NCBI GenBank assembly: GCA_964016885.1
Contig: OZ024757.1
Span: 10,354,001-10,418,000, forward strand
From: Eledone cirrhosa
Lineage: Eukaryota
Direction of reading: 5' to 3'
Length of the DNA stretch: 64,000 bases
The notes below the pieces were generated by a model that saw nothing but the letters and a program-made list of their open reading frames with translations, searched no databases and was not told where the DNA came from. Positions 38,201 to 51,500 of this stretch are shown here, one piece after another. A program made the position numbers and the translations under genes. Positions within the stretch are counted from its first letter, which is position 1; every line of letters starts with the position of its first letter.

Positions 38201-41200
38201 GTTGGGGTTGAGTTAAGTTGGGGTTAAGTTAAGTTTGGTTTAAGTTAAGTTGGGGTTAAGTTAAGTTGGGGTTAAGTTAAGGTGGGATTAGGTTAAGTTG
38301 GGGTTAAGTTAAGTTGGGGTTAAGTTAAGTTGTAGTTAAGTTAAGTTGGGGTTAAGTTAAGTTGGGGTTAAGTTAAGTTGGGGTTAAGGTAAGTTGGGGT
38401 TAAGTTAAGTTGGGGTTAAGTTAAGTTGGGGTTAAGTTAAGTTGGGGTTAACTTAAGTTGGGGTTAACTTAAGTTGGGGTTAAGTTGGGGTTTACTTAAG
38501 TTGGGGTTAAGTTGGGGTTAACTTAAGTTGGGGTTAAGTTAAGTTGGAGTCGAGTTAAGTTGGGGTTGAGTTAAGTTGGGGTTAAGTTAAGTTGGGGTTA
38601 AGTTAAGTTGGAGTTAAGTTAAGTTGGGGTTAAGTTAAGTTGGGGTTAAGTTAAGTCGGAGTTAAGTTAAGTTGGGGTTAAGTTAAGTTGGGGGTAAGTT
38701 AAGTTGTGGTTAAGTTAAGTTGGGGTTAAGTTGGGGTTAAGTTAAGTTGGGGTTAAGTTAAGTGGGGTTGAGTTAAGTTGGAGTTAAGTTAAGTTGGGGT
38801 TAATTTAAGTTGGGGTTAAGTTAAGTCGGGGTAAAGTTAAGTTGGGGTTAAGTTAAGTTGGGGGTAAGTTAATTTGTGGTTAAGTTAAGTTGGGGTTTAG
38901 TTAATTTGGGGTTAAGTCAAGTTGGGGTTAAGTCAAGTTGGGGTTAAGTTAAGTTGGGCTTAAGTTAAGTCGGGGTTAAGTTAAGTTGGGGTTAAGTTAA
39001 GTTGGGGTAAGTTAAGTTGGGGTTAAGTTAAGTTGGGGTTTACTTAAGTTGGGGTTAAGTCAAGTTGGGGTTAAGTCAAGTTGGGGTTAAGTCAAGTTGG
39101 GCTTAAGTTAAGTTGGGGTTGAGTTAAGTTGGGGTTGATTTAAGTTGGGGTTGAGTTAAGTTGGGGTCGAGTTAAGTTGGGGTTGAGTTAAGTTGGGGTT
39201 GAGGTAAGTTGGGGTTAAGTTAAGTTGGGGTTAAGTTAAGTTTGGTTTAAGTTAAGTTGGGGTTAAGTTAAGTTGGGGTTAAGTTAAGTTGGGATTAGGT
39301 TAAGTTGGGGTTAAGTTAAGTTGGGGTTAAGTTAAGTTGTGGTTAATTTAAGTTGGGGTGAAGTTAAGTTGGGGTTAAGTTAAGTTGGTGTTAAGGTAAG
39401 TTGGGGTTAAGTTAAGTTGGGGTTAAGTTAAGTTGGGGTTAAGTTAAGTTGGGGTTAACTTAAGTTGGGGTTAACTTAAGTTGGGGTTAAGTTGGGGTTA
39501 ACTTAAGTTGGGGTTAAGTTGGGGTTAACTTAAGTTGGGGTTAAGTTAAGTTGGGGTTGAGTTAAGTTGGGGTTGATTTAAGTTGGGGTTGAGTTAAGTT
39601 GGAGTCGAGTTAAGTTGGGGTTGAGTTAAGTTGGGGTTAAATTAAGTTGGGGTTAAGTTAAGTTGGAGTTAAGTTAAGTTGGGGTTAAGTTAAGTTGGGG
39701 TTAAGTTAAGTTGGCGTTAAATTAAATTGGGGTTAAGTTAAGTTGGGGTTACGTTAAGTTGGGGTTAAGTTAAGTTGGGGTTAAGTCAAGTTGGGGTTAA
39801 ATCAAGTTGGGGTTAACTTAAGTTTGTATTAACTTAAGTTGGGTTAACTTAAGTTGGGGTTAAGTTGGGCTTAACTTAAGTTGGGGTTAAGTTAAGTTGG
39901 GGTTGAGTTAAGTTGGGGTTGAGTTAAGTTGGGGTTGAGTTAAGTTGGGGTTAAGTTAAGTTGGGGTTAAGTTAAGTTGGGGTTAAGTTAAGTTGGGATT
40001 AGATTAAGTAGGAGTTAAGTTAAGTTGGGGTTAAGTTAAGTCGGAGTAAAGTTAAGTTGGGGTTAAGTTAAGTTGGGGGTAAGTTAAGTTGTGGTTAAGT
40101 TAAGTTGGGGTTAAGTTGGGGTTAAGTTAAGTTGGGGTTGAGTTAAGTTGGGGTTGAATTAAGTTGGGATTGAGTTAAGTTGGAGTTAAGTTAAGTTGGG
40201 GTTAAGTTAAGTTGGGGTTAAGTTAAGTTGGCGTTAAATTAAGTTGGGGTTAAGTTAAGTTAGGGTTACGTTAAGTTGGGGTTAAGTTAAGTTGGGGTTA
40301 AGTCAAGTTGGGGTTAAATCAAGTTGGGGTTAACTTAAGTTTGGATTAACTTAAGTTGGGTTAACTTAAGTTGGGATTAAGTTGGGGTTAACTTAAGTTG
40401 GGGTTAAGTTAAGTTGGGGTTGAGTTAAGTTGGGGTTGAGTTAAGTTGGGGTTGAGTTAAGTTGGGGTTAAGTTAAGTTGGGGTTAAGTCAAGTTGGGGT
40501 TAAGTTAAGTTGGGATTAGATTAAGTAGGAGTTAAGTTAAGTTGGGGTTAAGTTAAGTTGTGGTTAAGTTATGTTGGGGTTAAGTTAAGTTGGGGTTAAG
40601 TTAAGTTGGGGTTAACTTAAGTTGGAGTTAAGTTAAGTTGGGGTTAAGTTAAGTTGAGGCTAAGTTAAGTTGGGGCTGAGTTAACTTGGGGTTAAGTTAA
40701 GTTGGGGTTAAGTTAAGTTGGGGTTAAGGTAAGTTGGGGTTAAGTTAAGTTGGGGTTAACTTAAGTTGGGGTTAACTTAAGTTGGGGTTAAGTTGGGGTT
40801 AACTTAAGTTGGGGTTAAGTTAAGTTGGGGTTGAGTTAAGTTGGAGTTAAGTTAAGTTGGGGTTAATTTAAGTTGGGGTTAAGTTAAGTTGGGGTTAAGT
40901 TAAGTTGGGGTTAACTTAAGTTGGAGTTAAGTTAAGTTGGGGTTAAGTTAAGTTGAGGCTAAGTTAAGTTGGGGCTGAGTTAACTTGGGGTGAAGTTAAG
41001 TTGGGGTTAAGTTAAGTTGGGGTTAAGGTAAGTTGGGGTTAAGTTAAGTTGGGGTTAAGTTAAGTTGGGGTTAAGTTAAGTTGGGGTTAACTTAAGTTGG
41101 GGTTAAGTTGGGGTTAACTTAAGTTGGGGTTAATTTAAGTTGGGGTTGAGTTAAGTTGGGGTTGATTTCAGTTTGGGTTGAGTTAAGTTGGGGTCGAGTT

Positions 41201-44200
41201 AAGTTGGGGTTGTGTTAAGTGGGGGTTAAGTTAAGTTGGGGTTAAGTTAAGTTGGGGTTGAGTTAAGTTGATATCGAGGTAAGTTGGGGTTGAGTTAAGT
41301 TGGGGTTAATTTAAGTTTGGTTTAAGTTAAGTTGGGGTTAAGTTAAGTTGGGGTTAAGTTAAGGTGGGATTAGGTTAAGTTGGGGTTAAGTTAAGTTGGG
41401 GTTAAGTTAAGTTGTAGTTAAGTTAAGTTGGGGTTAAGTTAAGTTGGGGTTAAGTTAAGTTGGGGTTAAGGTAAGTTGGGGTTAAGTCAAGTTGGGGTTA
41501 AGTTAAGTTGGGGTTAAGTTAAGTTGGGGTTAACTTAAGTTGGGGTTAACTTAAGTTGGGGTTAAGTTGGGGTTTACTTAAGTTGGGGTTAAGTTGGGGT
41601 TAACTTAAGTTGGGGTTAAGTTAAGTTGGAGTCGAGTTAAGTTGGGGTTGAGTTAAGTTGGGGTTAAGTTAAGTTGGGGTTAAGTTAAGTTGGAGTTAAG
41701 TTAAGTTGGGGTTAAGTTAAGTTGGGGTTAAGTTAAGTCGGAGTTAAGTTAACTTGGGGTTAAGTTAAGTTGGGGGTAAGTTAAGTTGTGGTTAAGTTAA
41801 GTTGGGGTTAAGTTGGGGTTAAGTTAAGTTGGGGTTAAGTTAAGTGGGGTTGAGTTAAGTTGGAGTTAAGTTAAGTTGGGGTTAATTTAAGTTGGGGTTA
41901 AGTTAAGTCGGGGTAAAGTTAAGTTGGGGTTAAGTTAAGTTGGGGGTAAGTTAATTTGTGGTTAAGTTAAGTTGGGGTTTAGTTAATTTGGGGTTAAGTC
42001 AAGTTGGGGTTAAGTCAAGTTGGGGTTAAGTTAAGTTGGGGTTAAGTTAAGTCGGGGTTAAGTTAAGTTGGGGTTAAGTTAAGTTGGGGTAAGTTAAGTT
42101 GGGGTTAAGTTAAGTTGGGGTTTACTTAAGTTGGGGTTAAGTCAAGTTGGGGTTAAGTCAAGTTGGGGTTAAGTCAAGTTGGGCTTAAGTTAAGTTGGGG
42201 TTGAGTTAAGTTGGGGTTGATTTAAGTTGGGGTTGAGTTAAGTTGGGGTCGAGTTAAGTTGGGGTTGAGTTAAGTTGGGGTTGAGGTAAGTTGGGGTTAA
42301 GTTAAGTTGGGGTTAAGTTAAGTTTGGTTTAAGTTAAGTTGGGGTTAAGTTAAGTTGGGGTTAAGTTAAGTTGGGATTAGGTTAAGTTGGGGTTAAGTTA
42401 AGTTGGGGTTAAGTTAAGTTGTGGTTAATTTAAGTTGGGGTGAAGTTAAGTTGGGGTTAAGTTAAGTTGGTGTTAAGGTAAGTTGGGGTTAAGTTAAGTT
42501 GGGGTTAAGTTAAGTTGGGGTTAAGTTAAGTTGGGGTTAACTTAAGTTGGGGTTAACTTAAGTTGGGGTTAAGTTGGGGTTAACTTAAGTTGGGGTTAAG
42601 TTGGGGTTAACTTAAGTTGGGGTTAAGTTAAGTTGGGGTTGAGTTAAGTTGGGGTTGATTTAAGTTGGGGTTGAGTTAAGTTGGAGTCGAGTTAAGTTGG
42701 GGTTGAGTTAAGTTGGGGTTAAATTAAGTTGGGGTTAAGTTAAGTTGGAGTTAAGTTAAGTTGGGGTTAAGTTAAGTTGGGGTTAAGTTAAGTTGGCGTT
42801 AAATTAAATTGGGGTTAAGTTAAGTTGGGGTTACGTTAAGTTGGGGTTAAGTTAAGTTGGGGTTAAGTCAAGTTGGGGTTAAATCAAGTTGGGGTTAACT
42901 TAAGTTTGGATTAACTTAAGTTGGGTTAACTTAAGTTGGGGTTAAGTTGGGCTTAACTTAAGTTGGGGTTAAGTTAAGTTGGGGTTGAGTTAAGTTGGGG
43001 TTGAGTTAAGTTGGGGTTGAGTTAAGTTGGGGTTGAGTTAAGTTGGGGTCGAGTTAAGTTGGGGTTGACTTAAGTTGGGGTTAAGTTAAGTTGGGGTTAA
43101 GTTAAGTTGGGGTTAAGTTAAGTTGGGATTAGATTAAGTAGGAGTTAAGTTAAGTTGGGGTTAAGTTAAGTCGGAGTAAAGTTAAGTTGGGGTTAAGTTA
43201 AGTTGGGGGTAAGTTAAGTTGTGGTTAAGTTAAGTTGGGGTTAAGTTGGGGTTAAGTTAAGTTGGGGTTGAGTTAAGTTGGGGTTGAATTAAGTTGGGAT
43301 TGAGTTAAGTTGGAGTTAAGTTAAGTTGGGGTTAAGTTAAGTTGGGGTTAAGTTAAGTTGGCGTTAAATTAAGTTGGGGTTAAGTTAAGTTGGGGTTACG
43401 TTAAGTTGGGGTTAAGTTAAGTTGGGGTTAAGTCAAGTTGGGGTTAAATCAAGTTGGGGTTAACTTAAGTTTGGATTAACTTAAGTTGGGTTAACTTAAG
43501 TTGGGATTAAGTTGGGGTTAACTTAAGTTGGGGTTAAGTTAAGTTGGGGTTGAGTTAAGTTGGGGTTGAGTTAAGTTGGGGTTGAGTTAAGTTGGGGTTA
43601 AGTTAAGTTGGGGTTAAGTTAAGTTGGGGTTAAGTTAAGTTGGGATTAGATTAAGTAGGAGTTAAGTTAAGTTGGGGTTAAGTTAAGTTGTGGTTAAGTT
43701 ATGTTGGGGTTAAGTTAAGTTGGGGTTAAGTTAAGTTGGGGTTAACTTAAGTTGGAGTTAAGTTAAGTTGGGGTTAAGTTAAGTTGAGGCTAAGTTAAGT
43801 TGGGGCTGAGTTAACTTGGGGTTAAGTTAAGTTGGGGTTAAGTTAAGTTGGGGTTAAGGTAAGTTGGGGTTAAGTTAAGTTGGGGTTAACTTAAGTTGGG
43901 GTTAACTTAAGTTGGGGTTAAGTTGGGGTTATCTTAAGTTGGGGTTAAGTTAAGTTGGGGTTGAGTTAAGTTGGAGTTAAGTTAAGTTGGGGTTAATTTA
44001 AGTTGGGGTTAAGTTAAGTCGGGGTAAAGTTAAGTTGGGGTTAAGTTAAGTTGGGGGTAAGTTAATTTGGGGTTAAGTTAAGTTGGGGTTTAGTTAATTT
44101 GGGGTTAAGTCAAGTTGGGGTTAAGTCAAGTTGGGGTTAAGTTAAGTTGGGGTTAAGTTAAGTCGGGGTTAAGTTAAGTTGGGGTTAAGTTAAGTTGGGG

Positions 44201-47200
44201 TAAGTTAAGTTGGGGTTAAGTTAAGTTGGGGTTTACTTAAGTTGGGGTTAAGTCAAGTTGGGGTTAAGTCAAGTTGGGGTTAAGTCAAGTTGGGGTTAAG
44301 TTCAGTTGGGGTTAAGTTAAGTTGGGGTTAAATTAAGTTGGGGTTAAGTTAAGTTGGGGTTAAGTTAAGTTGGCGTTAAGTTAAGTTGGGGTTAAGTTAA
44401 CTTGGGGTTAAGTTAAGTTGGGGTTAAGTTAAGTTGGGGTTAAGTCAAGTTGGGGTTAAATAAAGTTGGGGTTAACTTAAGTTTGGATTAACTTAAGTTG
44501 GGTTAACTTAAGTTGGGGTTAAGTTGGGGTTAACTTAAGTTGGGGTTAAGTTAAGTTGGGGTTAAGTTAAGTTGGGGTTGAGTTAAGTTGGGGTTGAGTT
44601 AAGTTGGGGTTGAGTTAAGTTGGGGTTGATTTAAGTTGGGGTTGAGTTAAGTTGGGGTCGAGTTAAGTTGGGGTTGAGTTAAGTTGGGATTAAGTTAAGT
44701 TGGGGTTAAGTTAAGTTGGGGTTAAGTTAAGTTTGGTTTAAGTTAAGTTGGGGTTAAGTTAAGTTGGGGTTAAGTTAAGTTGGGATTAGGTTAAGTTGGG
44801 GTTAAGTTAAGTTGGGGTTAAGTTAAGTTGTGGTTAACTTAAGTTGGGGTTAAGTTAAGTTGGGGTTAAGTTAAGTTGGGGTTAAGGTAAGTTGGGGTTA
44901 AGTTAAGTTGGGGTTAAGTTAAGTTGGGGTTAAGTTAAGTTGGGGTTAAGTTAAGTTGGGGTTAACTTAAGTTGGGGTTAAGTTGGGGTTAACTTAAGTT
45001 GGGGTTAAGTTGGGGTTAACTTAAGTTGGGGTTAAGTTAAGTTGGGGTTGAGTTAAGTTGGGGTTGATTTAATTTGGGGTTGAGATAAGTTGGAGTCGAG
45101 TTAAGTTGGGGTTGAGTTAAGTTGGGGTTAAGTTAAGTTGGGGTTAAGTTAAGTTGGAGTTAAGTTAAGTTGGGGTTAAGTTAAGTTGGGGTTAAGTTAA
45201 GTCGGAGTTAAGTTAAGTTGGGGTTAAGTTAAGTTGGGGGTAAGTTAAGTTGTGGTTGAGTTAAGTTGGGGTTGAATTAAGTTGGGGTTGAGTTGGGGTT
45301 AAGTTAAGTTGGGGTTAAGTTAAGTTGGGGTTGAGTTAAGTTGGGGTTGAATTAAGTTGGGGTTGAGTTAAGTTGGAGTTAAGTTCAGTTGGGGTTAAGT
45401 TAAGTTGGGGTTACGTTAAGTCGGGGTTAGGTTAAGTTGGGGTTAAGTTAAGTTGGGGGTAAGTTAAGTTGGGGTTAAGTTAAGTTGGGGTTAAGTTAAG
45501 TTGGGGTTAAGTCAAGTTGGGGTTAAATCAAGTTGGGGTTAACTTAAGTTTGGATTAACTTAAGTTGGGTTAACTTAAGTTGGGGTTAAGTTGGGGTTAA
45601 GTTGGGGTTAAGTTAAGTTGGGGTTAAGTTAAGTTGGGGTTAAGTTAAGTTGGGGGTAACTTAAGTTGGGGTTAAGTTAAGTTGGGGTTAAGTTAAGTTG
45701 GGGTTAAGTTAAGTTGGGGTTAAGTTAAGTTGGGGTTAAGTTAAGTTGGGGTTAAGTAAAGTTGGGGTTGAGTTAATTTGGGGTTGAATTAAGTTGGGGT
45801 TAAGTTAAGTTGGGGTTAAGTCAAGTTGGGGTTAAATCAAGTTGGGGTTAACTTAAGTTTGGATTAACTTAAGTTGGGTTAACTTAAGTTGGGGTTAAGT
45901 TGGGGTTAAGTTGGGGTTAAGTTAAGTTGTGGTTAAGTTAAGTTGGGGTTAAGTTAAGTTGGGGTTAAGTTAAGTTGGGGTTAAGTTAAGTTGGGGTTAA
46001 GTTAAGTTGGGGTTTACTTAAGTTGGGGTTAAGTCAAGTTGGGGTTAAGTCAAGTTGGGGTTAAGTTAAGTTGGGGTTGATTTAAGTTGGGGTTGAATTA
46101 AGTTGGGGTCGAGTTAAGTTGGGGTTGAGTTAAGTTGGGGTTAAGTTAAGTCGGGTTTAAATTAAGTTGGGGTTAAGTTAAGTTGTGGTAAGTTAAGTTA
46201 GGGTTAAGTTAAGTTGGGGTTTAGTTAAGTTGGGGTTAAGTCAAGTTGGGGTTAAGTCAAGTTGGGGTTAAGTCAAGTTGGGGTTAAGTTAAGTTGGGGT
46301 TAAGTTAAGTTGGGGTTAATTTAAGTTGGGATTAAGTTAAGTTGGGGTTAAGTTAAGTTGGCGTTAAGTTAAGTTGGGGTTAAGTTAAGTTGGGGTTAAG
46401 TTAAGATGGGGTTAAGTCAAGTTGGGGTTAAATCAAGTTGGGGTTAACTTAAGTTTGGATTAACTTAAGTTGGGTTAACTTAAGTTGGGTTTAAGTTGGG
46501 GTTAACTTAAGTTGGGGTTAAGTTAAGTTGGGGTTAAGTTAAGTTGGGGTTGAGTTAAGTTGGGGTTGAGTTAAGTTGGGGTTGAGTTAAGTTGGGGTTG
46601 ATTTAAGTTTGGGTTGAGTTAAGTTGGGGTCGAGTTAAGTTGGGGTTGAGTTAAGTTGGGGTTAGGTTAAGTTGGGGATAAGTTAAGTTTGGTTTAAGTT
46701 AAGTTGGGGTTAAGTTAAGTTGGGGTTAAGTTAAGTTGGGATTAGGTTAAGTTGGGGTTAAGTTAAGTTGGGGTTAAGTTAAGTTGTGGCTAAGTTAAGT
46801 TGGGGTTAAGTTAAGTTGGGGTTAAGTTAAGTTGGGGTTAAGTTAAGTTGGAGTTCAGTTAAGTTGGGGTTAAGTTAAGTTGGGGGTAAGTTAATTTGGG
46901 GTTAAGTTAAGTTGGGGTTTAGTTAATTTTGGGTTAAGTCAAGTTGGGGTTAAGTCAAGTTGGGGTTAAGTTAAGTTGGGGTTAAGTTAAGTCGGGGTTA
47001 AGTTAAGTTGGGGTTAAGTTAAGTTGGGGTAAGTTAAGTTGGGGTTAAGTTAAGTTGGGGTTTACTTAAGTTGGGGTTAAGTCAAGTTGGGGTTAAGTCA
47101 AGTTGGGGTTAAGTCAAGTTGGGGTTAAGTTAAGTTGGGGTTAAGTTAAGTTGGGGTTAAATTAAGTTGGGGTTAAGTTAAGTTGGGGTTAAGTTAAGTT

Positions 47201-47859
47201 GGCGTTAAGTTAAGTTGGGGTTAAGTTAACTTGGGGTTAAGTTAAGTTGGGGTTAAGTTAAGTTGGGGTTAAGTCAAGTTGGGGTTAAATCAAGTTGGGG
47301 TTAACTTAAGTTTGGATTAACTTAAGTTGGGTTAACTTAAGTTGGGGTTAAGTTGGGGTTAACTTAAGTTGGGGTTAAGTTAAGTTGGGGTTAAGTTAAG
47401 TTGGGGTTGAGTTAAGTTGGGGTTGAGTTAAGTTGGGGTTGAGTTAAGTTGGGGTTGATTTAAGTTGGGGTTGAGTTAAGTTGGGGTCGAGTTAAGTTGG
47501 GGTTGAGTTAAGTTGGGGTTGAGGTAAGTTGGGGTTAAGTTAAGTTGGGGTTAAGTTAAGTTGGGGTTAAGTTAAGTTGGGATTAGGTTAAGTTGGGGTT
47601 AAGTTAAGTTGGGGTTAAGTTAAGTTGTGGTTAATTTAAGTTGGGGTTAAGTTAAGTTGGGGTTAAGTTAAGTTGGTGTTAAGGTAAGTTGGGGTTAAGT
47701 TAAGTTGGGGTTAAGTTAAGTTGGGGTTAAGTTAAGTTGGGGTTAACTTAAGTTGGGGTTAACTTAAGTTGGGGTTAAGTTGGGGTTAACTTAAGTTGGG
47801 GTTAAGTTGGGGTTAACTTAAGTTGGGGTTAAGTTAAGTTGGGGTTGAGTTAAGTTGGG

Positions 47860-48550
47860 GTTAAGTTGGGGTTAACTTAAGTTGGGGTTAATTTAAGTTG
47901 GGGTTGAGTTAAGTTGGGGTTGATTTCAGTTTGGGTTGAGTTAAGTTGGGGTCGAGTTAAGTTGGGGTTGTGTTAAGTGGGGGTTAAGTTAAGTTGGGGT
48001 TAAGTTAAGTTGGGGTTGAGTTAAGTTGGGATCGAGGTAAGTTGGGGTTGAGTTAAGTTGGGGTTAAGTTAAGTTTGGTTTAAGTTAAGTTGGGGTTAAG
48101 TTAAGTTGGGGTTAAGTTAAGGTGGGATTAGGTTAAGTTGGGGTTAAGTTAAGTTGGGGTTAAGTTAAGTTGTAGTTAAGTTAAGTTGGGGTTAAGTTAA
48201 GTTGGGGTTAAGTTAAGTTGGGGTTAAGGTAAGTTGGGGTTAAGTTAAGTTGGGGTTAAGTTAAGTTGGGATTAGGTTAAGTTGGGGTTAAGTTAAGTTG
48301 GGGTTAAGTTAAGTTGTGGTTAATTTAAGTTGGGGTTAAGTTAAGTTGGGGTTAAGTTAAGTTGGTGTTAAGGTAAGTTGGGGTTAAGTTAAGTTGGGGT
48401 TAAGTTAAGTTGGGGTTAAGTTAAGTTGGGGTTAACTTAAGTTGGGGTTAACTTAAGTTGGGGTTAAGTTGGGGTTAACTTAAGTTGGGGTTAAGTTGGG
48501 GTTAACTTAAGTTGGGGTTAAGTTAAGTTGGGGTTGAGTTAAGTTGGGGT
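47860..48550 (+). repeat. 689-bp composite insertion private to HOR copy B
   Basis: GATTAGG...TGTGG-TTAATT...GGTGTTAAGG block at 47581 recurs at 48270 (689 bp later), with a TTTCAG-GGATCGAGG-TGTAG block in between. HOR spacing rises from 11,701 to ~12,390 across it. Confidence 0.85.
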
Positions 48551-51500
48551 TGATTTAAGTTGGGGTTGAGTTAAGTTGGAGTCGAGTTAAGTTGGGGTTG
48601 AGTTAAGTTGGGGTTAAATTAAGTTGGGGTTAAGTTAAGTTGGAGTTAAGTTAAGTTGGGGTTAAGTTAAGTTGGAGTTAAGTTAAGTTGGCGTTAAATT
48701 AAATTGGGGTTAAGTTAAGTTGGGGTTACGTTAAGTTGGGGTTAAGTTAAGTTGGGGTTAAGTCAAGTTGGGGTTAAATCAAGTTGGGGTTAACTTAAGT
48801 TTGGATTAACTTAAGTTGGGTTAACTTAAGTTGGGGTTAAGTTGGGCTTAACTTAAGTTGGGGTTAAGTTAAGTTGGGGTTGAGTTAAGTTGGGGTTGAG
48901 TTAAGTTGGGGTTGAGTTAAGTTGGGGTTAAGTTAAGTTGGGGTTAAGTTAAGTTGGGGTTAAGTTAAGTTTGGTTTAAGTTAAGTTGGGGTTAAGTTAA
49001 GTTGGGGTTAAGTTAAGTTGGGATTAGGTTAAGTTGGGGTTAAGTTAAGTTGGGGTTAAGTTAAGTTGTGGTTAAGTTAAGTTGGGGTTAAGTTAAGTTG
49101 GGGTTAAGTTAAGTTGGGGTTTAGTTAATTTGGGGTTAAGTTAAGTTGGGGTTAAGTTAAGTTGGGGTTAAGTTAAGTTGGGGTTAACTTAAGTTGGGGT
49201 TAACTTAAGTTGGGGTTAAGTTGGGGTTAACTTAAGTTGGGGTTATTTTGGGGTTAACTTAAGTTGGGGTTAAGTTAAGTTGGGGTTGAGTTAAGTTGGG
49301 GTTGATTTAATTTGGGGTTGAGATAAGTTGGAGTCGAGTTAAGTTGGGGTTGAGTTAAGTTGGGGTTAAGTTAAGTTGGGGTTAAGTTAAGTTGGAGTTA
49401 AGTTAAGTTGGGGTTAAGTTAAGTTGGGGTTAAGTTAAGTCGGAGTTAAGTTAAGTTGGGGTTAAGTTAAGTTGGGGGTAAGTTAAGTTGTGGTTGAGTT
49501 AAGTTGGGGTTGAATTAAGTTGGGGTTGAGTTGGGGTTAAGTTAAGTTGGGGTTAAGTTAAGTTGGGGTTGAGTTAAGTTGGGGTTGAATTAAGTTGGGG
49601 TTGAGTTAAGTTGGGGGTAAGTTAAGTTGGGGTTAAGTTAAGTTGGGGTTTAGTTAAGTTGGGGTTAAGTTAAGTTGGCGTTAAGTTAAGTTGGGGTTAA
49701 GTTAAGTTGGCGTTAAATTAAGTTGGGGTTAAGTTAAGTTGGGGTTACGTTAAGTTGGGGATAAGTTAAGTTGGGGTTAAGTCAAGTTGGGGTTAAATCA
49801 AGTTGGGGTTAACTTAAGTTTGGATTAACTTAAGTTGGGTTAACTTAAGTTGGGATTAAGTTGGGGTTAACTTAAGTTGGGGTTAAGTTAAGTTGGCGTT
49901 GAGTTAAGTTGGGGTTGAGTTAAGTTGGGGTTGAGTTAAGTTGGGGTTGAGTTAAGTTGGGGTCGAGTTAAGTTGGGGTTGATTTAAGTTGGGGTTAAGT
50001 TAAGTTGGGGTTAAGTTAAGTTGGGGTTAAGTTAAGTTGGGATTAGATTAAGTAGGAGTTAAGTTAAGTTGGGGTTAAGTTAAGTTGTGGTTAAGTTAAG
50101 TTGGGGTTAAGTTAAGTTGGGGTTAAGTTAAGTTGGGGTTAACTTAAGTTGGAGTTAAGTTAAGTTGGGGTTAAGTTAAGTTGAGGCTAAGTTAAGTTGG
50201 GGCTGAGTTAACTTGGGGTGAAGTTAAGTTGGGGTTAAGTTAAGTTGGGGTTAAGTTAAGTTGGGGTTAAGTTAAGTTGGGGTTAAGTTAAGTTGGGGTT
50301 AAGTTAAGTTGGGGTTAACTTAAGTTGGGGTTAAGTTGGGGTTAACTTAAGTTGGGGTTAATTTAAGTTGGGGTTGAGTTAAGTTGGGGTTGATTTCAGT
50401 TTGGGTTGAGTTAAGTTGGGGTCGAGTTAAGTTGGGGTTGTGTTAAGTGGGGGTTAAGTTAAGTTGGGGTTAAGTTAAGTTGGGGTTGAGTTAAGTTGGG
50501 ATCGAGGTAAGTTGGGGTTGAGTTAAGTTGGGGTTAAGTTAAGTTTGGTTTAAGTTAAGTTGGGGTTAAGTTAAGTTGGGGTTAAGTTAAGGTGGGATTA
50601 GGTTAAGTTGGGGTTAAGTTAAGTTGGGGTTAAGTTAAGTTGTAGTTAAGTTAAGTTGGGGTTAAGTTAAGTTGGGGTTAAGTTAAGTTGGGGTTAAGGT
50701 AAGTTGGGGTTAAGTTAAGTTGGGGTTAAGTTAAGTTGGGGTTAAGTTAAGTTGGGGTTAACTTAAGTTGGGGTTAACTTAAGTTGGGGTTAAGTTGGGG
50801 TTTACTTAAGTTGGGGTTAAGTTGGGGTTAACTTAAGTTGGGGTTAAGTTAAGTTGGAGTCGAGTTAAGTTGGGGTTGAGTTAAGTTGGGGTTAAGTTAA
50901 GTTGGGGTTAAGTTAAGTTGGAGTTAAGTTAAGTTGGGGTTAAGTTAAGTTGGGGTTAAGTTAAGTCGGAGTTAAGTTAAGTTGGGGTTAAGTTAAGTTG
51001 GGGGTAAGTTAAGTTGTGGTTAAGTTAAGTTGGGGTTAAGTTGGGGTTAAGTTAAGTTGGGGTTAAGTTAAGTGGGGTTGAGTTAAGTTGGAGTTAAGTT
51101 AAGTTGGGGTTAATTTAAGTTGGGGTTAAGTTAAGTCGGGGTAAAGTTAAGTTGGGGTTAAGTTAAGTTGGGGGTAAGTTAATTTGTGGTTAAGTTAAGT
51201 TGGGGTTTAGTTAATTTGGGGTTAAGTCAAGTTGGGGTTAAGTCAAGTTGGGGTTAAGTTAAGTTGGGCTTAAGTTAAGTCGGGGTTAAGTTAAGTTGGG
51301 GTTAAGTTAAGTTGGGGTAAGTTAAGTTGGGGTTAAGTTAAGTTGGGGTTTACTTAAGTTGGGGTTAAGTCAAGTTGGGGTTAAGTCAAGTTGGGGTTAA
51401 GTCAAGTTGGGCTTAAGTTAAGTTGGGGTTGAGTTAAGTTGGGGTTGATTTAAGTTGGGGTTGAGTTAAGTTGGGGTCGAGTTAAGTTGGGGTTGAGTTA

